Below are positions 27,300 to 38,880 of a stretch of 64,000 bases of DNA, in pieces (the stretch's first letter is position 1; each line of letters opens with the position of its first letter). The stretch is from NCBI GenBank assembly GCA_053919585.1, contig CM132801.1. One strand, written 5' to 3'. The DNA comes from Euprymna scolopes. Taxonomy: Eukaryota. The notes under the pieces are model-generated. The model had not been told where the DNA came from and searched no databases. It saw only the letters and a list, made by a program, of their open reading frames with translations. Both the position numbers and the translations under genes were made by a program.

Positions 27300-27800
27300 T
27301 ATCTGACTAGTACAAGTAGACACTTTATAGTATTACACCATTCTCCTATACACATGTGAAACCTGGCCAGAACAAGTTTGTGACCTGCGCAGACTGGAAG
27401 TTTTTGATCCTTTGGGTTTGCTGGCACCAATTCGTCCCCAACACCACCATCTGTTCATGCTGTTAGATACCATCCCTCTAGCAGACCCTCATTTTGAGAT
27501 GTCTCCGATGGTTGGGTCACACTCTGCGCCGTCAACCATGCCACCATCAACCTAGCCCCCAATCCAGGGTTGGAAGAAATGACACGGTGACCAGCTGAAA
27601 ACCTGGCTCAGCACGGTGGCGATCTGATCCTGTGCTCTCGCCTCTACGGAGTGCGCCACTAGAACCATAAATGGCTGGACTTGATATCGGCTGCGAGTTC
27701 AAGACGACATGCCTTGGTGGTGTCTATATGAGATGCAGAGAATTCAGTTAGAGGAGCCAACTCAACCGACCCATGGTGAATGCTGACACAACAACAAAAA
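27300..27800 (+). mobile_element. RTE-clade LINE 3' fragment
   Basis: Translates to ILLYTCETWPEQVCDLRRLEVFD, RCLRWLGHTLRR and GDQLKTWL, followed by an A-rich tail. Confidence 0.8.
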
Positions 27801-28162
27801 AAAACGACAATTACACCGGGTATGGCACAAAGCTAGATATGAGTCCTTAGTGTGGAGTCACAACCTAGTTTTTATTAATCCCAGATCCACTCAGATTTAA
27901 AGCTGCAGTACTTGTTAGGAGCCTATATATGGGTTAAATAGGATTAGTCTTGGGTATAACACAAAACTATACATACATGAATTTATATCATACATAATAT
28001 TTGACAATATTAACAACAAACACAAATTGTCTAACAAATTAACCTATTATAGCATTAACATAACAAAAAAAGGTTGGATATGTCATACAACAAAATAGTC
28101 ATATCAAAATATTTGACACAGCTATTTTGATATGTATCTCCTTGTTTTGTAAATGATATATA

Positions 28163-29824
28163 CACAGGTGACAAAAAGAAAGTCTGCACTTGTCATTTTT
28201 TCAAAAACTGCAAATTTAAGCTAAATTTAATGTAACTGTTTAAACAAAATATACCTCATTTGATTCACCTTTTATTCTTCGATAATTTGACCTGTTCATA
28301 TTTGACTTTTAATTGAAATATTCTAGAGTTCATGTCAATTTAAAAAAATGATACCAAATTGAGGAGGCAAAAAGAAAGTCCGCACAATGGAAAATTGTTA
28401 TTTAAATGTAACCTTAGGACATTAATGCAACACAAATACAACAAGAACACGATAAACTAATTAATATTTAGTAGCATAGCTCTTCTGCAATTTGACAGCC
28501 TGCAATTTTGGGAGAATTCCTTGAATTATACTGCAGCAATACTCCGGGAAAAGGGCATCCCACTTTTCCTTAATTTTTGTCAAAAGTACTTCCAAATTCG
28601 AAATTTTAACATTGTGTAGCTGTTGTTTTATGTAATGTTATATGTTTTCGAAAGGATTGAGGTTTGGAGATTGTGCAGGCCAATCCAAACACGGAATATC
28701 ATGCTCTTCCAGGAACCTCTTGACATTGCCAGCTGTGTGAATGAGAGCATTATGCTGCATGAAGATGGGATTATCCAAATTCCAATCAAAGTAGAGTAGA
28801 AAATGCACAGTCAACATATTAATATACTTGATCAAATTAATTCGACCTTGCAAGCAAACTATAGGCCATGGACCATTGGTACTAATAATGCCTCACACCA
28901 AAACTGAACCTCCACCTCTTACAGCGTTGAAACTGAACACCTGGGATTAAATTCTTCGTCTTTCCTCCGACGGACGTACTGCCTACCATCATTGCCTAGC
29001 CTATTGAACTTGCTTTCATCACTAAAAAGCACTTTTGACCAATATGAAGAGTCATTATCTCCATTGCATCTGACGATGTCCAGACGGCGCTTTCTGTTCT
29101 TTACAGAAATCATTGGCTTGTGTCTTGCAACATATCATCGCAAATTAAATTCCTTTAATTTGTTCTGGACAGTAGAAAGAGAGCACTTTTGAACATGATT
29201 GCACTGTTGTTGGATTTTGGGAGCTGTTTCAAATCTGTTTCTTAGGCTGCAGATCTTGATAGCATTGTGTTCCCTGTTAGAAGTAACTCTAGTACCCCCA
29301 GATTTAGGGGCATCACGAACACTGCCGGTGTTTTGGTACTTTTGTACAGTCTTTCGTACCATTTTCCTATCACATTTCAATCTGCGGCCGATTTCTCGAT
29401 TGGATAAACCAGAAAGGTGGAGATTAATGAGCTCCTTACGATCACTAAGAGAAAGTTGTGGCATATGGACTAAATGTTACGTTGTATAACCTGGAACAAC
29501 AACAACAATTATGATTAGAGATGCTTAGTTGCCTGTTGGTGGATATTTTAAACTAATTTAGGGACGATAATTAAGCTGGTTTTAAGCGAATTTATTGCTG
29601 CGAACTTTCTTTTTGCCTCCTCAATTTGAAGTTATTTTTTTAAATTGACGTGAACGCTAAAATATTTCAATTAAAAGTCAAATATGAACAGGTAAAATTA
29701 TAGAGGAATAAAAGGCGAATCAAATGAGATATAATAGATTGTTTACACATTTACATAAAATTTAGCTTAAATTTGCAGTTTTTGAAAAAATTACAAGTGC
29801 AGACTTTTTTTTTTGCCGGCACTG
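28163..29824 (-). mobile_element. Near full-length Tc1-family transposon with long IR/DR-type TIRs
   Basis: The ~230-bp TIRs each carry an outer and an inner aaaagaaagtc(t/c)gcac-like repeat, and the element is flanked by TA. Confidence 0.9.
28461..29464 (-). pseudogene. Tc1 transposase pseudogene
   Basis: Contains an N-terminal HTH (MPQLSLSDRKELINLH..SNREIGRRL), WSKVLFSDESKFN, MQHNALIH (second catalytic Asp changed to His), WPAQSPNLNPFENI and a terminal YATKY*. Broken by stops and frameshifts. Confidence 0.9.
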
Positions 29825-30415
29825 TATATATATATATAATATATATATATATATAAATAAATTCTATGAAGTCATTGTTGAAATGTATCTAAAGTTTTGT
29901 AGATTGAAACTGTTCTGCTCCCAGTGTTAAATTAGATTAACATGGACTCACAAGACAACTACATGTCTCCTTTTTAATAGAAATACCATGAACTTTTATT
30001 GAGCTGATGAGTTGAGCCTATTCTAACTAGAAAGCGTTGGTTTGTTTTGCCTGGAGGTTGTAAGTTCAATCCTAATGTTGGGCAAAATGCCAGTATAGTC
30101 TGACAAATTCCAGACTTGTTCACAATTTAGCTATTTGATGGAGAATTTACAATACTTTGAAATATGCCCATCAGTTTCAGTGACAGTTTTGGAGATAAAA
30201 GTTTTCATCTTCAATAAAGAGTGATACAATTACAAATTACTTGAGGCTTATACCTTGTCATGGCTGATGGAACAAGAGCAAGCTGCTCCCATGGTTTGTC
30301 CAAAATTCCAATTTCCGAATGTGATAAGATGTACCTGAAGAAGGTTTACACCGTTCCAAAATATCATGAGAATAATCCAAATAGTACATGACTCCTATCC
30401 ATGTTCAATATAAAT

Positions 30416-30418
<3 letters not shown>

Positions 30419-30469
<51 letters not shown>
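30419..30469. repeat. (AT)n microsatellite
   Basis: Read directly; source of the IYIYIY ORFs. Confidence 0.95.
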
Positions 30470-30472
<3 letters not shown>

Positions 30473-30639
30473 AGCATGAGAGTCAGTCGGGTTACATGGA
30501 AGACTACTGCACATTGTTTAAACCATGCAAAATACAAAACTTGTCTTATGATCCCATTATCACTGAAAAATATAATGTTCAGAAAAATATACCACACCTC
30601 ATGAATTCTGAACCGTAGTGAATGTTATATCTGGATCTG

Positions 30640-31690
30640 TAATGACATTCATTTGGGGTAGGATTGAACCAACTCCAAGTGAATTTACAGCATCACAAAT
30701 CAGAGTGTCTGTCTATAGCTAACATTTCAACATATCACAGTTTCCCTTCTCTTGTGCTATCCGGTAATGAAGCCAATGTGAATCAGGATGGTTAGAAAAT
30801 GATGAAGGGCATGGCCAAATCATGTCAGAAGGGATTCCTCTATTTTAATGATCTGGCATCTTGAACGGATTGTGATATTGGGGATGTGGTTGCTGAAATA
30901 CAGCTTGTGGATGCATTAGAGTTATTAAACATTTCAAGTTTCTGAACATTAGCAGCATGGGAGTGGCCAACTTTTGAACCTGGTAAGTAGAATTGTGAAA
31001 ACAATCCTCCAATATATTTGGCATTTAGTTTCAAGCTTGATTGCCTGCCTTGATCGGAAGAAGTGTTTCAGGCGGCAAAATGCAACGCGTGGCTTGTTGA
31101 TTTTTATGGATATTTCATTCTTTCTTTGTCCGATGACTGTAAAGATGCTGCCAACATATTTAAATTCTTCAACTCTCACTAGGATGTTGTATACTGTATG
31201 TTGATGGTGTTGATCAGTACACGTATGCAATTGAGAGATGTTCTGCTTTTCATCTTCACCCATTGGTGAGGTTTTTAGTTTTGCAATACCTGTCTGCATC
31301 TGTCGAGAATCTGTATATTCCTAGTAAACTTTTTCTACTGTTGCTTAAAAAGACCTAAACCCATATGATTTATCTACCCCCAAACAGTGGACTCTCCCGT
31401 TGATTTCAACGTATGAGGTTCATGAATGTATGGCCAAGGCATTAAATCTTCTTCACATTTGAGATTCTCAAAACCCTAACTCCCACTTTGTGTCACACGT
31501 GATTTCAAACGGAATCCATTTCTACTAATCAAACAAAATCGCTGAATACTTCTGCTTCTTCTTTTCAGACATTTCAGGATATATTTGCTGGGTTGATCTC
31601 CATCTATTACTCAAATTCTGAATTGTTTGTGCCATGTGATTCATTTAAGGAATGCAATCACAGACTGAAATCAGTGATGCCAAGTTTAAA
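30640..31690 (-). mobile_element. RTE-clade LINE RT fragment
   Basis: Translates to VEEFKYVGSIFT...EISIKINKPRVAFCRLK...IKLETKCQIYWRIVFTILL. Confidence 0.75.
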
Positions 31691-31779
31691 TCATATCTAC
31701 CTTTTTTTTAAACTCAAAACAAGGTACATTGCCACTTGGGTATAAGAGCTTACTATTTAATCTCATGTCTACAGGAATA

Positions 31780-32500
31780 CAATTTAGGGATTTGAGCAGC
31801 GAGATGTCTGTTTGCATAACATTAAAATTTCTGTGTACAGGCGGGGAAGCAGGAAACACTGAAGGAATTCCAAAGTCTAGCAGTTTGAGAGAAGAAACTA
31901 TTAGAGTAGAAAACTTTCCAGCTTCTAGGGACCTCAACAGTGAAGGGGTGGGATTTTGCTCTTTATTGGGTTAGCCAAGAGGGCACAAGTACTAGGAGTT
32001 TGTCAGTGCACATTCCATTAAAGTACCTACAAAACAGGTGCAGCATTGTAATGATGGGATAAAGGTTGGAGTTTGTTTGACAATACGTAACCTATTTTAG
32101 ATGGGAAACCCTTTTTTGAGTTGTGTCTAAGAGGGAGAGACTAGTGGTAGACAGATCAACTCAGATGTGGCAACAATACTCCATACAGGCAAATGGTGAC
32201 TTTGTATAAATACAGGATGTAGTCGGTGTGAGCAGTTTTTTAGCATGCTAGAGAGAGCCTACCTTATTTGCAGCAGCTTTGGCAATGTCTTTAATATATT
32301 TGTTTCAAGTTATGTTGCCTGTGAATTTTAAACCAAGGAGTTAGAACAATGAACTCTCCTGTAGTGTTATTAGCCAAGGTAATTGGTTGAGAAGGTTTCT
32401 TGTAATTGTTAAAGGAAAGAAGCTTTGTCTTAGTAGCATTAAATGTGAATATTCTTTTATGTCCTCATTCCACTAAAAACTGGAGATCATTACCTTTGAT
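31780..32500 (-). mobile_element. CR1/Jockey-like LINE 3' fragment
   Basis: The minus strand gives FNATKT, CMEYCCHI and IPSVFPAS segments typical of the post-RT region. Confidence 0.55.
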
Positions 32501-34822
32501 ATATATGCATTAGTTTTTCCCTTGTCAAACAGAAGGTGCATTACTCCAGTGAGTGAAGCTATTCAATTACATAGTACTATACTTGGGAAGTTTATGAACC
32601 CAAATTTCCCCTCCTCCAGCTATGAATAAAATAGTAAGTTGTGTTCAATAAATCATCAGGTCAAGAATTCTTGTTGGATTCTCCTTATTCTTTTCAGGAA
32701 CTGTCATTTGAATCTTTCAATGACTGACAATCATACTGCCTCGATCACATGATCAAATGCAACCAATGAGAAGCTTTTACCTTTGTAATCTGGAGGACAA
32801 ATGATCTATATTAATATCCTATCAAATATACCAAGAAACTGTTGTGCATTTACCATATCTACACTTCACTCCAAAAACATATTACTGCTAAGTAATATGC
32901 ATTATCTAGTTATCTTTAAGATACTCGCATTTCCCAAACTGGTCTCCACAACTGCACTAAAAACATGTTTTTTTATTGTAATCAGATTGGTGTTTAGTTG
33001 TTTGTTTTTCTGTTTATTTTAAAATTTAAGTAAATGTTATGCGGTATGAATTATTCAAAGGCATTTATATTAAATTGGTGCCATTTTAATGAAATCATTG
33101 ATTTATCTCTCTCCATCCTTTTCTTTTGTAACTTTTGTTTGTTTTTTTGTTTTTTGTTTTTTCTTTGCATACTTTGGGAAAATGAGATTTTTCATCAGTT
33201 GTATTATTGTGTTTATAAAATATAAATCTTGTTTTTAGTTGAAGTTTTATGTCAGTTTGCATCATTAATTTATATAACAACTATTTCGCTTGGTGAAAGT
33301 ACATAAGTAGAATGTTAAAATTGATTTTTTTTTTCTTAAAATTTTTGTTTATTTAGATTTTATCAAAAAATTGATATGATGAGTTTTATATGTATTGTGT
33401 GTGTGTGTTTAAAAAAATGTGCAAACAAAAAATGAAAAAACTAATTACTTTATTACATGTGGGGTAGACAAACAACAATGTAATTAAAGGAGTAAATTGT
33501 AAGATGGTCAATATAATGAAATTTGGAACATAGATTTTTGTCATTTGTTTGTAATATATATATATATATATATATATATAATGATTAAGTTGAAAATGTG
33601 TCAGCTTGTAGAAGTATCTTGAAAAATATAGAATAAACAAACTGTTTTAAAAACATGCTTCTAGATGCAAATAATTTTTTTTTTTCACTGACTAATTTGG
33701 GATTCAAAATCCTTTGTCAGAGGATGAGTTTAGTTTTGTTGTTTTTTTTTCTTAGAAATGAAAGTCCATTCCTTGTGATATTAAGATCATGCTGGCTAAT
33801 AATGCGCAAAAGCATGTTTTTTAAAACACTTTATTCTATATTTTTTTATATAATGATTGCATTTCTATAATTTCCTTGGTTTTAATCCAGTGAAACTCCA
33901 TTATTTATAAAACAGTGTTCAATAACAAGTACATCTCTATTATTATATAATTTTCTTTATTTATGCAAACATATTTACTGCATATGTGCAGACATGTTTC
34001 AGCTATGATTTTATGGTTTGATGATGCTGGATTTTGAAAAGCTTCTCAGCTGAAAGATGTATGCATATATGTAGCCAATAATGTTTGCATAAATAAGGAT
34101 TATATTATGTGTATGGCTTACAGGCCAAGGTTTTGACCCAATAATCTCTTTACAGCCCAAAAGTAAGACTGGTGGAAACCTCGGCGTATTGATGTAAACC
34201 ATAAAAAATATTATTACAGCTGTACTTATCATATTGAGCAATTTCTTGATTCAGTAGATATTAGTAAATTTATCACAACCAAATTTGATAATATCGTTTA
34301 TTTTATATATTCATACATGCACACACACTGTATACAATGACTAGAAAACTATACAAAACTGCTCATACATAAAATAAATTTGAGTAATATAGTATGTCAT
34401 GATAATGAGTTCCAGCAGTAATGTTTGCTACTATGAAAAACGGATATATCAATGACAATTCTGCGGTTCATTATGTAGATTAGCATTGGTCTTTGCTGAA
34501 TTTAATGAGTATTTATCTGCTTGAAATAATCTTTGGTTTAACTTTTTCTTGAATTTGTCAAAAGGATTTCAGCCATTCAGTGGTTACCTGCACTCAGATT
34601 TGAACTTGATGAGAGGCAGTTTCTTGCATTTTGAAAAACTTTTAAATAAAATCTATTCATTATCTCAAATATTCCAAAACTCTTCAATTACTTTTAACTA
34701 TCTTGCTATGGATTTTTTTCTTCTGACTCTGGAGTTAGAATTATCTGCATTAAATAAATGTCAATGAGTACATGATATTAAAAATTGCTCATAAAGGAGG
34801 ATTCATTCTTTTTTTCTTTTAA

Positions 34823-35437
34823 CCCGAGTTACCAATATACCGAGTTACCAATATACCAGTAATTTCCAAAAATGCTATATACCAAGTTTACCTCTAAACT
34901 AGTATTTTTCCGACCATGCGTTTTTGTCAGGGAGCTAAAAATAGCTACCCAGTTGCTGCTTAGCCTCGATTTAGCGCAAGCCTAATGTTTTGCAAATGGT
35001 TTCCTTTGTTTCTGCAGAGTTTTGAGTTGTTTTGTAGACTAAAGTAGCCATGAAGCAAGCTAGTGATGAACGAAGCACTTCGACAAGTAAAAGAGCAAGA
35101 TCTAGAAGTTTCACGGTGCAACAAATGTTGGATAAAATGACAAATTCTGATTCAGACAAAGGCGAATTTAATCAGGAGTATATTTCTGAATCAAGTAATG
35201 CTAGTGATGATGTATATATCGATGAAGGAGAAAGTGATGATAATTCTGATGATGCAAGTGGGCCTAGATCAAAATCGAGTGTTAAAAGTAGGAGGCGTGT
35301 AACTCAACCAGGAGATTCTGGTGTGGTTGATGAGGGATGGGGGTCGCAATTTTGTAGCTCTAGATCTGGATTTCACAATTTTGCCCAAGAAGCATGCACA
35401 GGGGCAAATTAGGTTCAGTAGCTCAGGTCTGGTAGGG
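34823..35437 (+). mobile_element. Internally deleted piggyBac-like element
   Basis: Boundaries are TTAA|CCC (34819-34825) and GGG|TTAA (35435-35441). A subterminal 17-bp tandem duplication is present, and ORF 35050-35412 encodes an acidic Ser/Asp-rich N-terminus. Confidence 0.65.
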
Positions 35438-35742
35438 TTAAATTATTTTCTAAAATTTTATTTCAATAAACATTCATCAATGAGTAATATTAGAATTTAA
35501 AGAAGCAAAAGAGTAACATTATAAAAATTCAATGAAATCTTTGCAATGTTTGTAAGATTTTCAGAAAATAAATTTCTTCTGTTTATCGATGAAAAATGTA
35601 AATCTTAAATAGTTTTAGAAAACTTTTAAATTGAAAACTGATCGTGCGTAAATCAAGATTTTAAAAGGTGTTTGATGGTCTTTGCATTTTGGAGGTGATT
35701 TACATTTTCTGTCGAAAATGTTTTGTTGTGTAAACAGAAGGT

Positions 35743-35960
35743 TTATTTATTTATTTGCGGACTGTTATCCTCATCTTTATATTTGTTGTTGTTTCACTAC
35801 ATTTCGACCAACTATTCTTCTGGCCTTCTTCAAGTGTTAAAGTCAGAGGAATACTTAGCCGAAACTTATGAAGCAACAGCTATGAAGATGAGGATAATAG
35901 TTTGCATATGAATATACAAATTACTCATCTCAAAGGATTCCAATAAAAAATGATATATAA
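35743..35960. mobile_element. Penelope-like inverted-arm insertion, same family as 4436-4995
   Basis: It has the same terminus ctcatctcaa..gattccaat..tgatata and the flanking repeat taa(a/g)cagaaggt at 35731-35742 and 35961-35972. Minus-strand 35795-35836 reads cac-TTGAAGA-A-GGCCA..TGGTC-GAAAT-GTA-gtg. Confidence 0.7.
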
Positions 35961-36557
35961 TAAGCAGAAGGTATTTGATTATTTTCTGAATCATTTTCAA
36001 AACATTTTAAAGATTTCATTGAATTTCTACAATGTTGCTGTTAGATTCTACTTCAGTTCTAACACTATGAATTTTAGCTGAAAAAATTCGTTTATCAAAA
36101 ATGAATAGCGAGCTATTATTAGCTATTTTAACATTTTATGGTCATTGAAAGAGTTGACTTTAATATCACTTAAAGTATGGATTGATTTGCCACAAAAACA
36201 ATGCAATTAAATCTGTATGCCATTTTAACGACAAACAAAACAAAAAAAAATCAATTATTTGGAAAAATATTTTATTCTAAGAAAAAACGAACTTACTTTA
36301 TTAAAAAAATCTTTGAATTTTATTCTGAATTCCAATTAAAAAAAATCTCTTGGCTGAAATCTTTATAACGAACAAGAAAAGCAAATCCATTCTTTTCCTA
36401 AAGTATGCATTTTTTTTTTTTTTTAAATCAATTCTTTCCCTCCAATATTGTACAAGCTGCTGTTTTTTGTTTTTTTTTTTGTTTTTTTTTTTTGTTTTTT
36501 TTTTTTTTGTTCCTTAATTTGCATTTTAGTTTGTACCACTGCTCCCTTATTTTCCAG

Positions 36558-37344
36558 CCCCTCCTCCCCCCGGCAAGTCGTCGTCGTCGTCAGCCAATGG
36601 CTAGTGGCTCTTCTCCGTGTGGCGAGGAGGAGGGGGAGCAGGTGCACCACCTCCCCAGCACACACACGCCTGACGTGACCACTGAACCAACTTGCATTAC
36701 CACCAGTTTCTCCTTGTCAAGTGACTCCATTTCAAAACAAACTGACGATGTAAAAACCGCCGACGAATCCTGGACAATTGTCGAGGTTGAACACGAGCAA
36801 ACATCTAGTTTACAGCCTGTTGAGACGCTCAACACACAAACAATTTTCCCGCCAGTAAAGACAATGCCTCATCGAACAAAATCAAACAAGTTACCAAAGC
36901 CGAGTGCAGCAGTTTCTCCAATAAAACGCTCTCCATCTGAATCTAACATTAGAAAACGAAATTCACCCAGAGAAGACGACTCTGTATTTTGCAATAGCTC
37001 ATCTAGTCGAAACCTACACGAAACCCACAGTCCCATGTCACGGGAGGCATATTCTGATGTAAACTTAACTGAACCATATCCTAACTTGGACGCCAGTAGT
37101 CCTTGTGCAGATTCCAAAGACTCAGAACCGTCAATATTCAGAAAAATGAGCTCCAGTCTCAAAGCTATAACCCACAAGGTGAAAGGCAATTGGCTAGAAG
37201 TAGCACATGACCCTCATAAATATAGGCCCCCTCGACGGTTTGGCGATGTCGGGAAGGTTGATGTAATTGATCTAACGAAGGAAAATGAATCATCCTACAA
37301 AAGGCATATGAGCAGAAGTGAAATATTCAAGGGACTTTTTGTAG
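36558..37344 (+). CDS. STXBP5: Tomosyn large alternative exon B (787 nt, phase 0 in, phase 1 out), Ser/Pro-rich disordered loop
   Basis: Splice sites are cccttattttccag|CCC CTC and GTA G|gtatgt. It has 262 open codons in a GC/CpG-rich island with no TE motifs, and its phases bridge exon A and exon D. Confidence 0.75.
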
Positions 37345-37716
37345 GTATGTTGTAAAATATAGTTAAACTTAAAGGTTACAAAATTTTTGTGCTTGCTAAA
37401 ATGTACTCACCGCTTTAACTTTCCTCCTTTTTTCAGGGTGAGAGCGCCACCTATTGCTTGCCATAGCAAGAATTGCGATAAGTCTAACCACTCTTCTAAT
37501 CCTAGTCTATTTGTACTCATAGCACTAACGGCCTTAGACTGCATGCAGGCATCTATTCCCCACCCCCGTCCACCCCCACCCCCACTGGCAGGTGAACGTT
37601 TGCTTCCATAGCAGCTGTTGGTAGTCGATGCATGTACCTGCTTTTCCACTGACCATCTTTATCAATATCTTTTTGTAGTGATTCAGTTTTGAGCTGACTG
37701 TGATTTTTGCCCTCAG

Positions 37717-37797
37717 ATAAGCCACACATAGACAGCTATATTACTATGAAACAGCAGATTCAACACCAACAACAGCACACTTCATATTTTCTCAGAG
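37717..37797 (+). CDS. STXBP5: Candidate 81-nt cassette exon, phase 1-1: (D)KPHIDSYITMKQQIQHQQQHTSYFLR
   Basis: A ctgac branch point precedes the tttttgccctcag acceptor. Only phase 1 is open. The donor GAG|gttgtt is weak. Confidence 0.3.
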
Positions 37798-38574
37798 GTT
37801 GTTCTTCTAGAGCTTTAATAGTGTTACTAAAAAATGAATTCATTTTGATTTTTATAATTACAAAAGTAACAAAACAAAAACTTCTTTGAGTTAATGAATT
37901 AAAAAAAAAAATCTTTAGTAAAAGGAGGGTTCCATTTTAATTAAATCTTTGTGAAAATCTTCATTCAAATAATCTTTATTTGGTCAGTAAACTCAAGAGG
38001 TCATTGAAATTGAACATAGCATAAACATTGTAAGAATTTCCTGAATAGAATGGGCTGTTTCTTCTGTTTGCACAAAGGTTGAGAATAGAAAATTTAATAA
38101 ATTTCTCTTATTTAATATTGGGAGTATATACTTTCTTTCACGCGGGTATTTTCTTTCAAGTAAATTATTTTCTTTTTCTTTTTTGTTTTTTAGTCCATCA
38201 AAAGATGTTCAATTCGCTAAAATAATTCTGGCTGCATTAGTAAATGACAAAATGTGCAAGGGAAATAACTCTTGACGACTTTTTGTCACAAAGACAAAGT
38301 TAGTTTTAATTAGTATTTTGAATTTTAAAATGGGAGAACTAATTCGAAATCTGTTTCCAGGTTAGAAGAATGCAAGTTGAAACAACAAACAGATATTTCA
38401 TTTAATTAAGATTTAATATTTGTAAAATGATTTGCCATAAGATTTTAATTTCAAACTGACAAATACTAAAAAAAAAATTTTTCTTTTTTAAATCTCTCTT
38501 GCATAATTTTTATCTTGCATTTTCTAATTAGAGTTTAATCAAAATTATTTTATTTTGTCTCTGCATAATTAGAC

Positions 38575-38880
38575 ATTAACACGGCTATTCTTGTTTCACC
38601 AAAGTTAAGTGAGGTTGAGTCTGATTAGGACTAGATGGGTAACCATTTGGGAATAAAACTATAATTGTTAACATTAGATTGCAGGATGACAACTGCAAAG
38701 TAGAGATCATCCTCTAATAATATCATTCTCAATGTAAGAAATACGAGGCTGTCGTGTTCAATTTGAAATAATGACAGAATAGAAACTAAATTATGATAAA
38801 CACAAATTAACCTAGTAAGGTGTGGCCTATGTAAATAGAAGGCTATTCCACTAAAGACACGTAACTTGCTGACATTGCAG
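38575..38880 (+). mobile_element. Decayed 5S rRNA-derived SINE-like copy
   Basis: caccaaagttaagtgaggttgagtctgattaggactagatgggtaaccatttgggaata aligns by eye to the 3' half of 5S rRNA. Confidence 0.55.

Noticed and set aside
36405-36557. Phe-rich N-terminus of the 316-aa ORF
   Set aside because: This is the translated poly-T tract of the intron upstream of the exon B acceptor.
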